DNA of 56,433 bases, counting the filler, from Sphacelaria rigidula (lineage: Eukaryota): NCBI GenBank assembly GCA_964200075.2. It is 3 parts of 3 records of this genome, joined end to end, with 100 filler letters (N's around TTAATTAATTAA, not from the genome) between each part and the next. Parts side by side here need not be neighbours in the genome. Positions count along the whole stretch, not along the records: positions 1 to 18,747 come from CAXNAA020000799.1; 2 more parts are not named here. The stretch is one strand, 5' to 3'. Shown here in pieces: positions 1-12,430 of the stretch. Both the position numbers and the translations under genes were made by a program. Position 1 is the first letter of the stretch; every line of letters starts with the position of its first letter. Under the pieces are notes generated by a model. That model was not told where the DNA came from, searched no databases, and saw only the letters and a program-made list of their open reading frames with translations.

Positions 1-36
<36 letters not shown>
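1..36 (+). repeat. poly-G run
   Basis: 36 consecutive G at the window start. Confidence 0.9.
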
Positions 37-37
<1 letters not shown>

Positions 38-1053
38 GATGTGTAAAAGCTACGAGCTGGGCCCGCTGACAGTGGTTTTTGAATTTTTCCGGGCCCGGCT
101 GTGGGTAATTCGAGAAGTTGGGCGCTGAAATTTTGACACGGCATTTATATCAATACGTACAGCCTCCGGGGGGATGGAACAAAAAAAAAAACAGAAAGTG
201 AGAGCGATTTGAAGTTTCTGCAAAAGATACAGATGTGCAATAACTTCGTGAAAATAACAAGTACGTCGGCATCCCTCGGGTTCTTGTGCGTACTTGTGTG
301 CAGGAGATGCTGGTGCAATTTCGGCCAAAAATACCTCAAATTGGGTGCAGCAGGGAACTTTTGGTGTGGCACCGCTGCGCCCGTTGAATCCAAGTGATAC
401 AGGAGACTGCAGTTATGGAGGTACGACTTTGAATCCCAACGGTTTCCTTTTTTTCGTTCCGTCGGTAAGGTCATACATTATGCAGTACATTTTTTTCAAT
501 TTTTTCTTCGTTCAGTGGCGGTGCCGTGCGTTACCAGGTTGGTCTACAGGTCGCACCAATATACTCAAGTCGGGCTGATTTGGTAAACTTGATAAGTTAT
601 GGTATGACATGCAAATGCGGGATTTACTGCTGGCCCAGCTCGTACTGCACAGAAGGGAAGGGTTCGCAAAAGTGTATTTCGAGGAAATCATCCTTACGCA
701 CAAGCACGGAGAGTGAGAAATGGCGATCAACGCGACCAAACGCAATAGTCAGAGATTTTGCGAAACAGAAGGCCAACGGGAGATTTCACCTGTCGCTTGT
801 CTGATAGAGATTCGCGGTGGAATCGATCACCCGGGAGGTATTCGGAAGTTACCCCACTGCTTGTCTACGCTACTGAACAGGGCATAGCCATACAGTATGA
901 TGTCCTTGCTGGAAAGGCGACCGTTGTACAGGTCATCTCCACTTATGTTGGGGGAACCGTGTGCGCGACGATCTCCGTAGATATTTTTTTTCCAGCCTTG
1001 ACAACCGCTGACGCAATGCAAAAGCTTGCTGCTGCACTGGGCCAAGAACCCAC

Positions 1054-4000
1054 CTGGTTGTCTTGAAATGCGAGAGTCAACCCCAGTCCGTACTTCGAAT
1101 CGAGAGGGAGGACAACGGTCTTCTCGCGGGCAGGAAGTCCCTCGTCCACCACCAATCGTTGGGACGCGTCCGCCTGTGCCCGGCGACTCGGTCGATCGTT
1201 CGAGGACCGTTCCCGGTAGTTCTCGAGCGGGGTCCCACCGACCCCTTTCAGACTCAAGTTCCTCATCGAGTGCGAGAGCGGTCCCGTCAATGAGCCTGTT
1301 GAAGATCCAGTAGGCATCCCCCCAATCGAGCGCCTCTTTACCAGGTCTGCCGCCGGCATGCCGTCGTTCACGTCAAAACGGTCGTCCTCCGCCCCATCCG
1401 CGATCGCTCCATCGTCGAGTTCGAACACGTGCAAGCGAGAACTACCATCGATAATAGCAAGTGCCGGGGGCAAAGCCTCTGCCCCGACCCAATCCGCCAG
1501 CCACATAGCGTGCGCGATGCGCCCTCCGCCTCCGCCGCAGTCGCCACTACCGTCTTCACGATCTTCACGACACGCACCATCGCATGTGCTCACATCGTCG
1601 GCACACTCATCTAGCCGAACATCGCTGCGTCCGCGGCCACTTTGCGTCCCGCTCAAGGAACATCCGACCCTCACCCCAGGAAGCGCGTACGGCACGAACG
1701 ACAGCTCGTCGCCCGACTTCACCTTCGCCGCCAGCTCACCGAAAAGGGGAGCAACGCTTTCCAGTCCTGCGCCGTTCACCTTGCTCTCGCTGGCCAACCA
1801 TCTGTCTGCCAGCATGCCACCGCCGACACTGGCGTCTTCCCCGTCTGTATGCATCAACTCGGCCCCGGCCGTGTGCCCAGGCTCGCCGCGTCCGTGTCCG
1901 CGCGGCTTGCACGGGATGCATTGCAAGTGACTACCGCCGTTAACCCAACTGTGCACTTCCACCTTCCACCCGTCGCCGCCGTCTCCGTCTTCACCACCTC
2001 CAACCCTCCGAACGCGGGCAAGAAGCGGTAGGTTAGGGTGGGGAACGCCGTCCGCATCTTCGCACATCATCGACGCACCCACCGCTTGTTCCCCTCTCTT
2101 CCGAGAGCTCACCCCCGAAGGACGAGTCCCGGCCTCAATACGTTTCGACGGCGCCAGAAAGCTCAGTCCCAACCCTAACGGAAGAACTACAGATCGTGTG
2201 TTCCGGAACGTGAACTTTCCCTTTGCGGTTTCATGGTGCAGTCTCGCGGTAATGACCGCTAGGGCACCATCTGCGGCTCTAGCCACCGCCTGCAGCTCGG
2301 TAGGGGCGCCGCCGGCGCCCTGCGCATCATAGTATCCCACCGCACTGATACGAGGGAGAACCCATCGGCTATCAGCGCTCGAGGAGGGCGCTTGTGTGAC
2401 CGAGCCTGCAAGCCACTTGAACGTGAGAGAGGCGACCTCCAGCAGGCCGGGCGTGGTCCGGCCGTCGGGCAGCGGCATATCTTGTAGACTCCAGAGAAAT
2501 AGCCTGCTGTATCGGGGGGGAAATGTTTCATGTGTAGTTGCATATGCTCAGGTGCGACAAAAAAACGCGTTGTGGGTGACTGGGAAGAAAAGGATCTACA
2601 TGAAGGTGAGTGCCGATGATTCACGAGCAATTGCCAACGAGTAGTTTGTAGGAAAACCTACTGCTGCCCCAAGTCCTTCATATTGACGTTATCCACGAGG
2701 TTCGAGTCTACCTCCCCTTGACAGGAAAACGTTGAACTAAGTGGTGGGGGAGTATCACCCATCTCCTAGCACGTCAACAAAATAGCGCGTGAAACAAACG
2801 GACCTGCCATCTTGACCGCACCCAACCACGCAGTTGTCACTTCGGACAGGTCGTGTTCCCCCCTCCGCCTCCTGCTCTTGGCGGTGTACCAGGTGATAGG
2901 CGGAGCCCGGCGCCCTACCCTGATCAAGCGCGAGGTCTTTACCGTGACTGCCAAAATACGCCCACTTCACGAATCCAATGCTGTCCAATCTGAGGTTTGC
3001 ATTTTGGGCAAAACAGACGCAAGAGACGGGACAGGACGGGGGAGTGGAAACATGCACGCAGCATTTATATGTTCATCATATGGCACAGCGATCGGGTCGT
3101 TTAAAAACTTTGTGGCCATGAGGTAACGTTGGAATGGGGGTGGTACTAGCCATTATCGTGACGGGGGGACGCCAACCAGAACGTTAGACGCAGCCCATGA
3201 GCAACCGTGGCGTAGAGCTGAAGGTGGGACTGTGGGCCGATCGAGGTTGGGATCGCAGGGCGAAGCCAGGGTGTAACCAGCTACTGCACCACGCAGAAAA
3301 AATTTAGGTCTAGGGGGTGAGAGCACACCGATAGCGCGAGAGAGGTTCGCGATTCGCGAACTCCTATACCCTTTTGCGAACCTGGCAGGCACACGTACAT
3401 TACACGAACGAAGTCGCACCTTAATCGGCGTCCATACCAAGACTTGATGGACGCTGCCTGGAGAAACCTTATTGTTCCCGTTTCGGTGGCTGGCGAATCT
3501 CTCTCCTGCCATCCCTGCTCCACCCACACGCGAGCGCTGGGACACAGCATGATATGAGCACGGTGGCCAAGGAAGAAGGCAACGGAAGCGTTACGCAATG
3601 ACGTATTGCACGTTTCCCGCGCATTAGACGAAGCGCATCGGTGCCACTGGATGTCAACAGACGAAGCTATAAATACTGCCCTGGTGAGATACTTTTCGGT
3701 GACACATATGCTGCGTGGATATCCGTCACCAAGAGTAGCGGAAATCGCTTTTATCCGGACCGGCAGTGATAATTTCATCTCCGGTGCAATGACGTTCCGC
3801 TTCTCGAAACATACATCAAACCCAGGCTATCGTGATGAATTTTCTGATGCAGGTTTTTTTGTTACCTGCTTTTTTGCGTTGAGGGCACCGAACACGTGAA
3901 ACCCCACCTCAAAACTAAAAATGAGCGATTTTGCATTTATTTTGACACTCAGGGCTCAAGACAACGGAGTAGCAGATGAAAGGGGCGTCGGTGAATAAAA

Positions 4001-7000
4001 AGCCTGCGATAAAGGCTTCCAATCACGACTTGGGGTGCGTACTGCAAATCGCCACCCCATGTGGTCTACAAAACTTGACACAATGGAGGGTCGGTTGTGC
4101 TTGATCACTATCCATTTTCTCTCTATTTTCTATACAACCACGTCATCTCTGCCGTGGAACCGGTGCTACCCCTAGCTTGTGATGAGTACCCACACGACGA
4201 GCTCGGCTGCGTACAACTCTGCTCATGGCATGAAAAGCTGTGACATGGAATCTGCGCTGCATGACATGCTGTAGAAAGGCCACGACGCAATGACGATGAC
4301 GTCATACCGGTTCATGGTACAAACCCCCTGTACAAAAAAAGGAAACCGTAGTCGAAGATTAGTCCCGTGCCGCTATCACTCGAAAACAGTCGATTACTTT
4401 GCATGAGAAGCAGCCAGTGACAATCTACTCGAATAACCGGCCAAAACGAGCGTAAATTACTACTCGTTGGGACTCCGGCGATACGACCATTTTCCTGGCT
4501 AGTACTACGACATACTCGGAATAAAATAAAACAAAACACACACAGAGGCAACAATCGAGTGAAGAATACTCACTTTCCATCCTCCTCCAGCGTGAGCAAG
4601 TAATCCTGCTGGTTTCCTGGTCCCCGACCCCAGGCCACCTGGACAAGGGCCCCCTCATGCGCAAGCACGGTGGCCGGCTGAAAGTCCCACGCATCCGCGG
4701 TAAGACCCGCTGTCGCGAACGTGGTGTGGGGTCCTCTCGTGCTGGTCATCGTGCGCGTGCTTTTCCCAGTGACGGCCGATACCGACCCGGAACCTACACC
4801 ACTGCCCCGGGAACGCATTTCACCATCTTGAGAACGAGAAGCCAGGTTGCTACGCCGAAGCCAGATGATAACATCGCTGGCGCCTTCGCAAGCTGCCGCA
4901 AACATGTACCCACAGGGGGATGTGGCGAGCGCCTTGAAATAGGGAGTGTGATCCTTCGTTTTATTCCCTCGTTGATAGGCGCCGTCCAGTGGCGGTGAAG
5001 AACCTGTGGCGGATTTTCGTGCCCATTTTCGCTCCAAACGGACGGAGTTGCGGTAAGTGGGGCGGGAACGGCGGGGAGGGAGGGCGGAAGTGGTCCCCGT
5101 GCCGTTTGAGGTTTCTTCCGACTCGTCATCATCCGAGGAAGTTCCTTCGTCGTCGGACTCCCCGTCGGATGACAGGGAGTTTATTGTGTCGCCTGGGACA
5201 GACCGGCTGTTGCTCCACACGCTCAGCGCCTGTTGGTGGGTTTGTGTATGTAGTGCAAAGTTGTGTGGGACAACGTGAGAAAGCAAACAGTGGTGCCTTC
5301 TAACTGTGAAATCGTCCTAGACCAGGTGCACGATGATATAGTTGCTGGTTGGAGGTTAAAAAATGAGAAAATGGCTTTGACGGCACTCGAGATCGTTGCA
5401 AAAGGTCTGACTTTGTCACACGTTCCTCGGTTTGGTCAGGGAAGTGCGTTATGGTGCGAATGAGACACGACGCGATGGATACATTCGATACGAAGCAGTT
5501 CGTGAGAGAAAACTCTATACCCTTCGGAGCTTCATGAAAGAAAACAAATGAAAACGGATTGAGAATTCCTGCAGGAAAAACAAGAGATTTTTTTTGGCTA
5601 ATAACCAATAATTTTGGTCTAGTGTGTTGAGGGGGGGGAGGGGGAGGGGGTGTACTCATGATCTTGCAGACCATAGCCTTGCGGTCCCCCTCGTGGGCTT
5701 CATATTATCCCAAGTTTTCAGCCGGTGTATCTTCTCCTGAGCGGGAGTCCTCCCCGGTGGGTGTGCTGGTGCCGGCTCAGACTCTCTCGCACCCGCGTGA
5801 TCTAAAGTGTCGCTGCTGCGATTTGCTGCGTCGAGTACATCGCCGATGGTCTCCATGGTGGGCGGGATTTGCACTCTGGCGTGTCCTCTGCGTCCCTGCG
5901 TGCGCTGAAGTGTGTCCTTCAGCCCAGGACTGCTGCTACATGTGTGTTTTGTACTGTCTGTTGCAGCCGCCTGTAGCAGATGTAGCCGGTAACGGCTTAT
6001 AAAGCCGGTAACGACAAATAATGGTTTGAAACCAGTATCCAAATTTTCCATGTAACCATTACCATTGTTACCACTATAGTGATAATGGCCAGTTATAACT
6101 GTTACCATTCCCGAGCTCTATAGGACAGTCTATGCTGGATGTCGTCCGTGTAATCTTGTACCTCAGTTCAGGTCTGGGCACGCAGCGTATTGCGAACAGC
6201 CGTCGTAATGATTTACAGACTGCTCACGCACTCAAGCCTTGTAGAGACAGGTCCGGACTGACAGTACACACAAGACTGTAAGATAGGTGGTGCTGCTACT
6301 GTAGTACATCCAACGCATACAACACAACAGTAGTGCCTGTACTGTTGTCCGTGCTGCTCGTACAACCGGGTACTACAGTGCAGCGAACTTGCAGCTCAGT
6401 TCAGATCTGTGCATACAGCGTGTTGCGAACAGACGTAGCTCTGCCGTACAGACTACCTACGCACTCAAGCCTTGTAGAGAGAGGACCGTACTGACAGTAC
6501 ACACAAGACTACGAATAGTGCTACTGTCCTAGTACTACAGTCGATGCATGCAATACAGCACTTTTGTGTGTACTGTTGTCCGTGCTGTCCTTTCAGTCAA
6601 GTACTCCCGTGCAGTGAAAAAGCACAACCGTCACTTGTACAGTCAGTTGGTACAGCAAGGCGGTGTTCTTATTGATCGTCTTGCATCAAGCAGCCCACCA
6701 TGTATTGCTCAGGCAATGTATCACAGTAGTACAGACAACAGTCAGTACGGACCGTACACCACGACAGAACAGCAGAGTGCTGCGTCTCTCTCGCGGGCCC
6801 CAGAATTTTAAATGATGCCTGCACACCTCATCGAAAATGATGAATACTGCGTTTTCAATGTTGATAGTGCGTCGATCACGTAAGAAGGGCTACTTTGAAA
6901 AATTCTGTTGAAAAACGTGCTGTTGAAAAACGTTTTTTTCTGATGACAGGTTTTCTTATACATAGGAAGTAGCCCAACTCTGCGGTGCCTTTGGTACTCG

Positions 7001-8927
7001 GTTGGAAACCCTTCGCTATATTCATCCGACGTGGCGGCGTTTTCTTCCCGATATTATTCAGCTCGCGCCAAAGTTTCCTGATCTCGTCGACAGGCAATTC
7101 GTTTTCGCACTCGGCCTGGTTCCCTATGTCGTCGTGGTCCCCCCCACCGCCGCCTGCGCCCAAGGCGACAGACTCGGCAGCAGATTTATGAACATGATCC
7201 ATACATACGAAAAAAAACGCGAATCCTCACAGTACTACAGTACAGTACTCCGGTCGTGCAGCCGTTCACCAGCCCTTTCAGATCCCGTTCAGCATTCCTC
7301 ATCTCGAACAAATAATGAGTTGTACGAAGTATGTGAATTCAACTCAATTCAATCGAGTGATAGAAAATTCTCCCGCTGCAACAAAACACATGTTCCCTCG
7401 GTTGGGAATGTTTCGCATTTCCACTGAAAGGGCTATAACACATGACTGAGCTAACTCATTACAATAGTTGTCCGACGTGTGGAATGTAGCACTCAAGATC
7501 CATGGCGTTTTATTATAGCAGTCGTGCAATACATCTCTCAAAAAACGGCATGACTGTGAAAGCTAATACCAACATAAAAAAACAGTGCCGACAAGATTGA
7601 AACCTCTAACATGTGCTGTAAAAAAACAGGAGGGCGTATGAGAGCAACCGGAGCACTAGTGAGTACGTTGCGTGTCGTTCTTCAGGGTAAAACGGATACA
7701 AAACAAAAACCTTCATGAACAGGTCCAAACGTATGCGCTCATGCATCATATATCTTCCATGTTTTCATGTTCCCATCACACCGACAAGAACAGATGCATG
7801 AATCACCCCCGAGCAAAGGAAAGCTCGAAACGGCAGTGACAGAGAACCCCCAGTCGATGGACACCGTACTCTCGTCGAACAGTGACGCCTACCAACTAGC
7901 CACAGCACACAAAGTTTCCTTCTTACACTGGAGAGGTTTTCCGAGCGAGAACGTTGGATTCTCAAGGGGCCTGGGCTGCGTATCTCTGTTACTGTACTGT
8001 TGGAATTCTGATAGACCCAAGGCCGTTCACATCCTAGCTCTCTCTTCAGTACAAAAACAACTGGGCAGAGCTGATCTCAACCCCGGGCAACCGATGAAAC
8101 CAAAACGCCCGAAGGCGCTCCTCTGCCACTTCCCCAGTCTAGCGGCATATCATACCTGGTCCGCTACAACTAGCGGCCCGCGGCATGACCATGCCAGCAG
8201 GATACGCCCGTCCAGCCCTCTGTGTAGCGGGGAAATCGGGACCCGCGCAGCGCACGACCAGCTGTATCGAACCCGACTTGAAAGATGAACACCGTCGGGT
8301 GTGAACACCGCTAGTTCAGGGGAACCACCTGGGGCAGGGGTGGGTGCGCAACGAGTGTTAAGCAATGAGAATGCTGGCGAAGGAGATAGAGGCTTCACCC
8401 GGTGGACGCTCAACGAGTGCGATCGTGGGAGTGATTCCACGTTCTAAAATTAAGTGTTACTCATGGTTTCGGTTTCGGGTGCGGTCCGGCAGATCCTGGT
8501 GTGTATATTGGCACCCCAACATGTAGTTGCACTTTGCACGTGTGACCGAAGAGGGTAAGCTCTATCCTTGCAAACTCATGTACACATTAAACCACCAATT
8601 CACAGCCATGGACAATAAAACACACATGGATTCACCTGCCGTAACAACAATGCACGCCAAAGCACCCGAACTACAGCCGGTCCTAGCTCCTCCAGGTTGC
8701 CAGGTGACGGCTCTCGGTGCAGAGTCCCCCGTGGGAAGTCGTACCCTTTGAACGAGAACTAGCGCTGAAGAATCGAGGAGCAGTAAAGACGGAGGCGAGT
8801 CTGATGGTATAGCCAGTAACTCGTACCCATCAAAGTGGGTATGGCTCCACTCCATTATCTTGCTCTCCCTCGTGTTCCACCCGTGGGTATCGCTGTTGTT
8901 GCCGTTGTATTTGCCGGGTAAGCGCAC
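1054..8927 (-). CDS. DmX-like / Rav1 (rabconnectin-3 alpha, RAVE subunit) WD40 protein, 5' part. Inferred exons: ~8927-8636, 8328-8156, 5229-4574, 3536-~3435, ~2989-~2817, 2480-1054. Continues past 1054.
   Basis: GT-AG bounded, mostly phase-compatible exons. They encode LPGKYN...LLLLDSSALVLVQRV (cf. Rav1 N-terminus), ALATSPCGYMFAAAC..VIIW, VLAHEGALVQVAW, LLTLEEDGNARVWVE, FLQAASI and IGFVKW, in the order I recall for DMXL/Rav1 N-terminal motifs. The start codon and the exon 4/5 junction are uncertain. Confidence 0.7.
6160..6512 (+). repeat. Diverged direct repeat pair in an intron (~6160-6280 and ~6395-6512)
   Basis: Shared CTCAGTTCAG..CTG, CAGCGT.TTGCGAACAG, ACGCACTCAAGCCTTGTAGAGA and ACTGACAGTACACACAAGACT. 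Confidence 0.8.
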
Positions 8928-11714
8928 AGTTCACGCACTTATTACAGCACGCTGAGTGTTGGTTATTGCGTCATCGACTGCAACGTCCAAGTGGGAACCG
9001 CTCACACCTTACACTTCACTCCCCTATTCAGTGCAGTGGATACCAATTGTAGTGATGACAAGGTCTTGATGATAAGCACCAATGTAGGGAAACAGAATCA
9101 AGCTTACCCGTAACGAGTTGGGTTGTAGCCCAGAGCTGGTGCTACCTGCTATCTCGGCCTGCTTGCAAGTATGGTCCGGTACGGTACACGGCATTTCAGA
9201 ACAGAATCATATGCTTTACGTAACATTCGACCGGATGTGTTCAGTTCCCGTTTGTAGAAGATGTCTAATGGATGGTACCAGTATCTCTCACGCAGTACGG
9301 GAGCACCTCCCAAGTTCTAGATTTAGTTACGCCTGTTTTTCTTTACTCTTTCTTCTCGTATTTTTCTTTCCCCCCTCCACGGTTACAAGTGTCTGGTCCC
9401 AAAGAGTAGGTGCCTCCCTCAAAAAGGTAGGGGACCGAGATTCAGTATAGAGCTACGCGTTGAAAAGTCATACACCTCCGCATCTGTGCCTACATCGCAG
9501 CGCGCGAGCGGGCAGTGCATCCTCTCTGCTGGAGACAAGGCCACATATCCACGGCACAGCACATGTGGGGCGACTGACCACATTTTTTTGCTGTACTGGA
9601 GACGTCCAGATGGAGTTGAGCGAAGAATGGTTTGGTGAGAATTGACACAGTGTTGTGCGGGACTGTTGCATTGTGTGTTGCCTCAAAAAACCGCGTCATA
9701 ATTTCAGATTGCGGGAGAAACGAGTTGCCGCAGTCGACGGGGTGTAACACCCCTCGATGATCACGTTTCCATGTTGAGTTTCTCGCCATCTGAGGCGTTC
9801 ATGCCGCAGATAATTGTGCGGTAGGGTTGCTTTCGTGGATCGCTATTTGTGCACGGCTTTGTAGTAGTTGAAGTGTCCTTTCTCTCGATGAAATCAGACT
9901 GGAAATGCCGTGAGTCGGGTTGCTTGATACTACACGGGCTCATCCGCGATCGCCAAGCCCACTTTTTCGAGATTTGCAAGTTCAACACATGCGAATACTC
10001 ATTGCGAGCCCTAAATTTGATGGATAGCGTTTAATAGTGTATTAACAACATTGATAAGCTTGGATTTGGGCAAAGGGTGCATGGTGGTGCAGAGGACGAG
10101 AAAATAGCCGTCCCCGGGGGGTGGTTCCTACCGTGAGTTTGGGGGTGATATCCACCGTTTTGGTCTGAAGTGTGCGAGTGACAATGCTTTTGGATTATAT
10201 GAAAGATGAAAGTGTTTTTGGGGTGTTGGAAGTATGGCAGAAGGGCAAAAAAAAAAATCATTATCCAGGCATTTCACGCACGCGTCCCCTACCAAAGCAT
10301 CATCACATGGGTGGTGATTTGATGTGTTATACACCAATGGCACTGTAATGCACTCGAGCACAGGAACGCAAAACGCAGACTCGTAGGTAAAACGCTCAAT
10401 CCTTTGGCTGCGAACCTCGCCTCGGAATATTTTCGCCGGCTGACAGTCCAGGGACACCCAGGGGTTTCCAGGGGGGTGCGAGTGGTTTTTGAGGGAGTGC
10501 GTTGGTGCCTGTTCGAGTAACAGCCGGAAAGCTCACGAAGTCGCCATGTGGTTTGGAAATTTCTCGCGGAAAAAATCCTAGTTCGGAACGAGGCCCGAGA
10601 GGAAGAGAGTTTTCTTTTTGATAGTTGTGATTGGTCACAATGGTCACTTTGTTCTCGCCCAGGTGAACTACAGATGAACTACCTCGCAGCAACACCGTGT
10701 TTGATCTCTGACCATTCGGGTAACGACCATTCAACAGTAGAAAACACAGGCAAATATAGTACTTATACTCTGCTCGTGGTCTTTGCCGTCTGCGTGACCC
10801 CTCTTGTGTTGCCAGCATAGCTTCACACCGATGACACGCTGACTATTTATTACCGTTGTATTCGGTCACTGATGATGAAGAAAAAAGTTCGCGTGTACGG
10901 TAGACTTGGAACAGCAGCTGCAGCAGCAATACAGGAAAGATAAAAGAGGAAGCTCACTTGGGGCGATGCGACATGCGTGCAACATTAAATCACGCTCGAC
11001 GTGTGCCAACCCTGCCCCGAAGGTAGACTGTTCCGTGGAGAGCGATGGCACGCTGGTTGTTTCATTACCGTTGTTTTTAGCCGCTGATGACAGAAATTCG
11101 CCATGTATGCACGGTAGAGTAGCAGCAGTACAGACAGTACAATAGGAGGTACAGGTGAGACGATATGACGTGCGTGTAGGCCTAAGACACGCTCGAGGTG
11201 TGCCAGCCCTGCGCCGAAAGCACCAGGACTGCTGCAAAAAGCACAGGCAGGAAGGAGAGGATGTATCTCGTTTGCATATATCGCAAGCGGTGGCAGCTGC
11301 CAGCGTATGTCATTTGCAAACCTTGAAAGCATGTGCCCCATAAAATCGCAGTCTGCTCGGCGAAGGCATACATCGTGACTCTTCGTGCACTTGACTTGTG
11401 GCTCAAAACGGGTCGGAGGTTCTCCAACTATTTCTTGCCAAGTATATGTATATATATATATGTACACCCAGCATTTACATGTTCATGGGAAAAGGCGGTT
11501 TGTCTTTGAAAAACAGCTGTTCTGAACCTCAAATATGATATAGTTCACGTCAGTAAGCGTCCGCGGAGTTCACATTGAACGAGGTTAACCTACAAATATA
11601 TTTCTCCGACCCCCCCGTTTCTCCTCACCCGGGGATATAATCACTCTATCCCCTCCTTGAATGCAGTGTAGGTGTTATCTACCCCTGTGACGAGTTACAT
11701 GTGCGTTCATGCAC

Positions 11715-12430
11715 GAATAATAATGCCCCTAAACACGCGGGACGCATCGTTGGAACGTATCCACATCGTCCTGGTCATGACCCGTTTTCCCCAGGACAAT
11801 GTCGATGCATCCCCCGCCCGAGCAATCTCAGCCAAGGGAATTTGTTATCCGACGCCTGAGCCATTTTTGACGGGACAGCAAAGATTCCGAACACGCGACC
11901 GGTACCAATAGAAAGCCTACACTCAACCATAAGTAGTAATTCCTCTTGGTGTTGTTAACGGGACTCCAGATACGCCGGGGAAGACATTGTTCCGTTCCTT
12001 CTCGAAGTACGCGGTGGGGTTACAATCTACCGTCAGCGCCTGTCAAATACGAATGGCGATGCCCCTGAACGCGCAGGAGGCACCGTTGGACGTACTCACC
12101 CTACCCCTTTAGTACTGCGTTTATGACTCCTCCTGCTCCCCATCCCATTTTCCGGGGAAGGCATCAATGCATGCTCCCCGATTACTCTCACTGCGGAGGT
12201 GTCATTCAACGTTGGAGCCATTTGCGGCCGGACAACAACGCATCTGGAGACGTGAGCGGTATCCATAGAAAGCCTAGAACCTACCCTCAGTAGCGATACG
12301 TTTTGTTTTTCTTGGCCGGACTACGGATAACCTGGGCAAGAGATTGGTTCATCTACCACCAGGGCATGTGCAGTACGGATGGCGAGACCCCTGGACACGC
12401 CAGTGGTCACTAGAACGTATTTATCCTACC
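11715..12430 (+). repeat. Degenerate tandem repeat with a ~330-bp unit (starts at ~11720, ~12058, ~12384)
   Basis: Recurring (T)GCCCCT.AAC.CGC...G.ACGTA, GAGCCATTT, ATAGAAAGCCTA and GGG.AAGA.ATT motifs at ~330-bp spacing. Confidence 0.65.

Noticed and set aside
50-328. ORF with EIAPASPA as a possible continuation of the PDZ-like domain
   Set aside because: There is no convincing phase-0 acceptor, and the rest of the ORF does not look PDZ-like.
1358-1930. Long plus-strand ORFs here, and minus-strand ORFs at 43967-44725 and 49682-50152
   Set aside because: These are antisense shadows of GC-rich coding exons.
6876-7202. 108-aa intronic ORF, possibly a DNA-transposon fragment or an extra exon
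   Set aside because: It has no recognisable domain, and the flanking exons join in phase without it.
11715-12430. CRISPR-like periodicity
   Set aside because: The units are ~330 bp and degenerate, there is no repeat-spacer structure or cas gene, and the context is eukaryotic.
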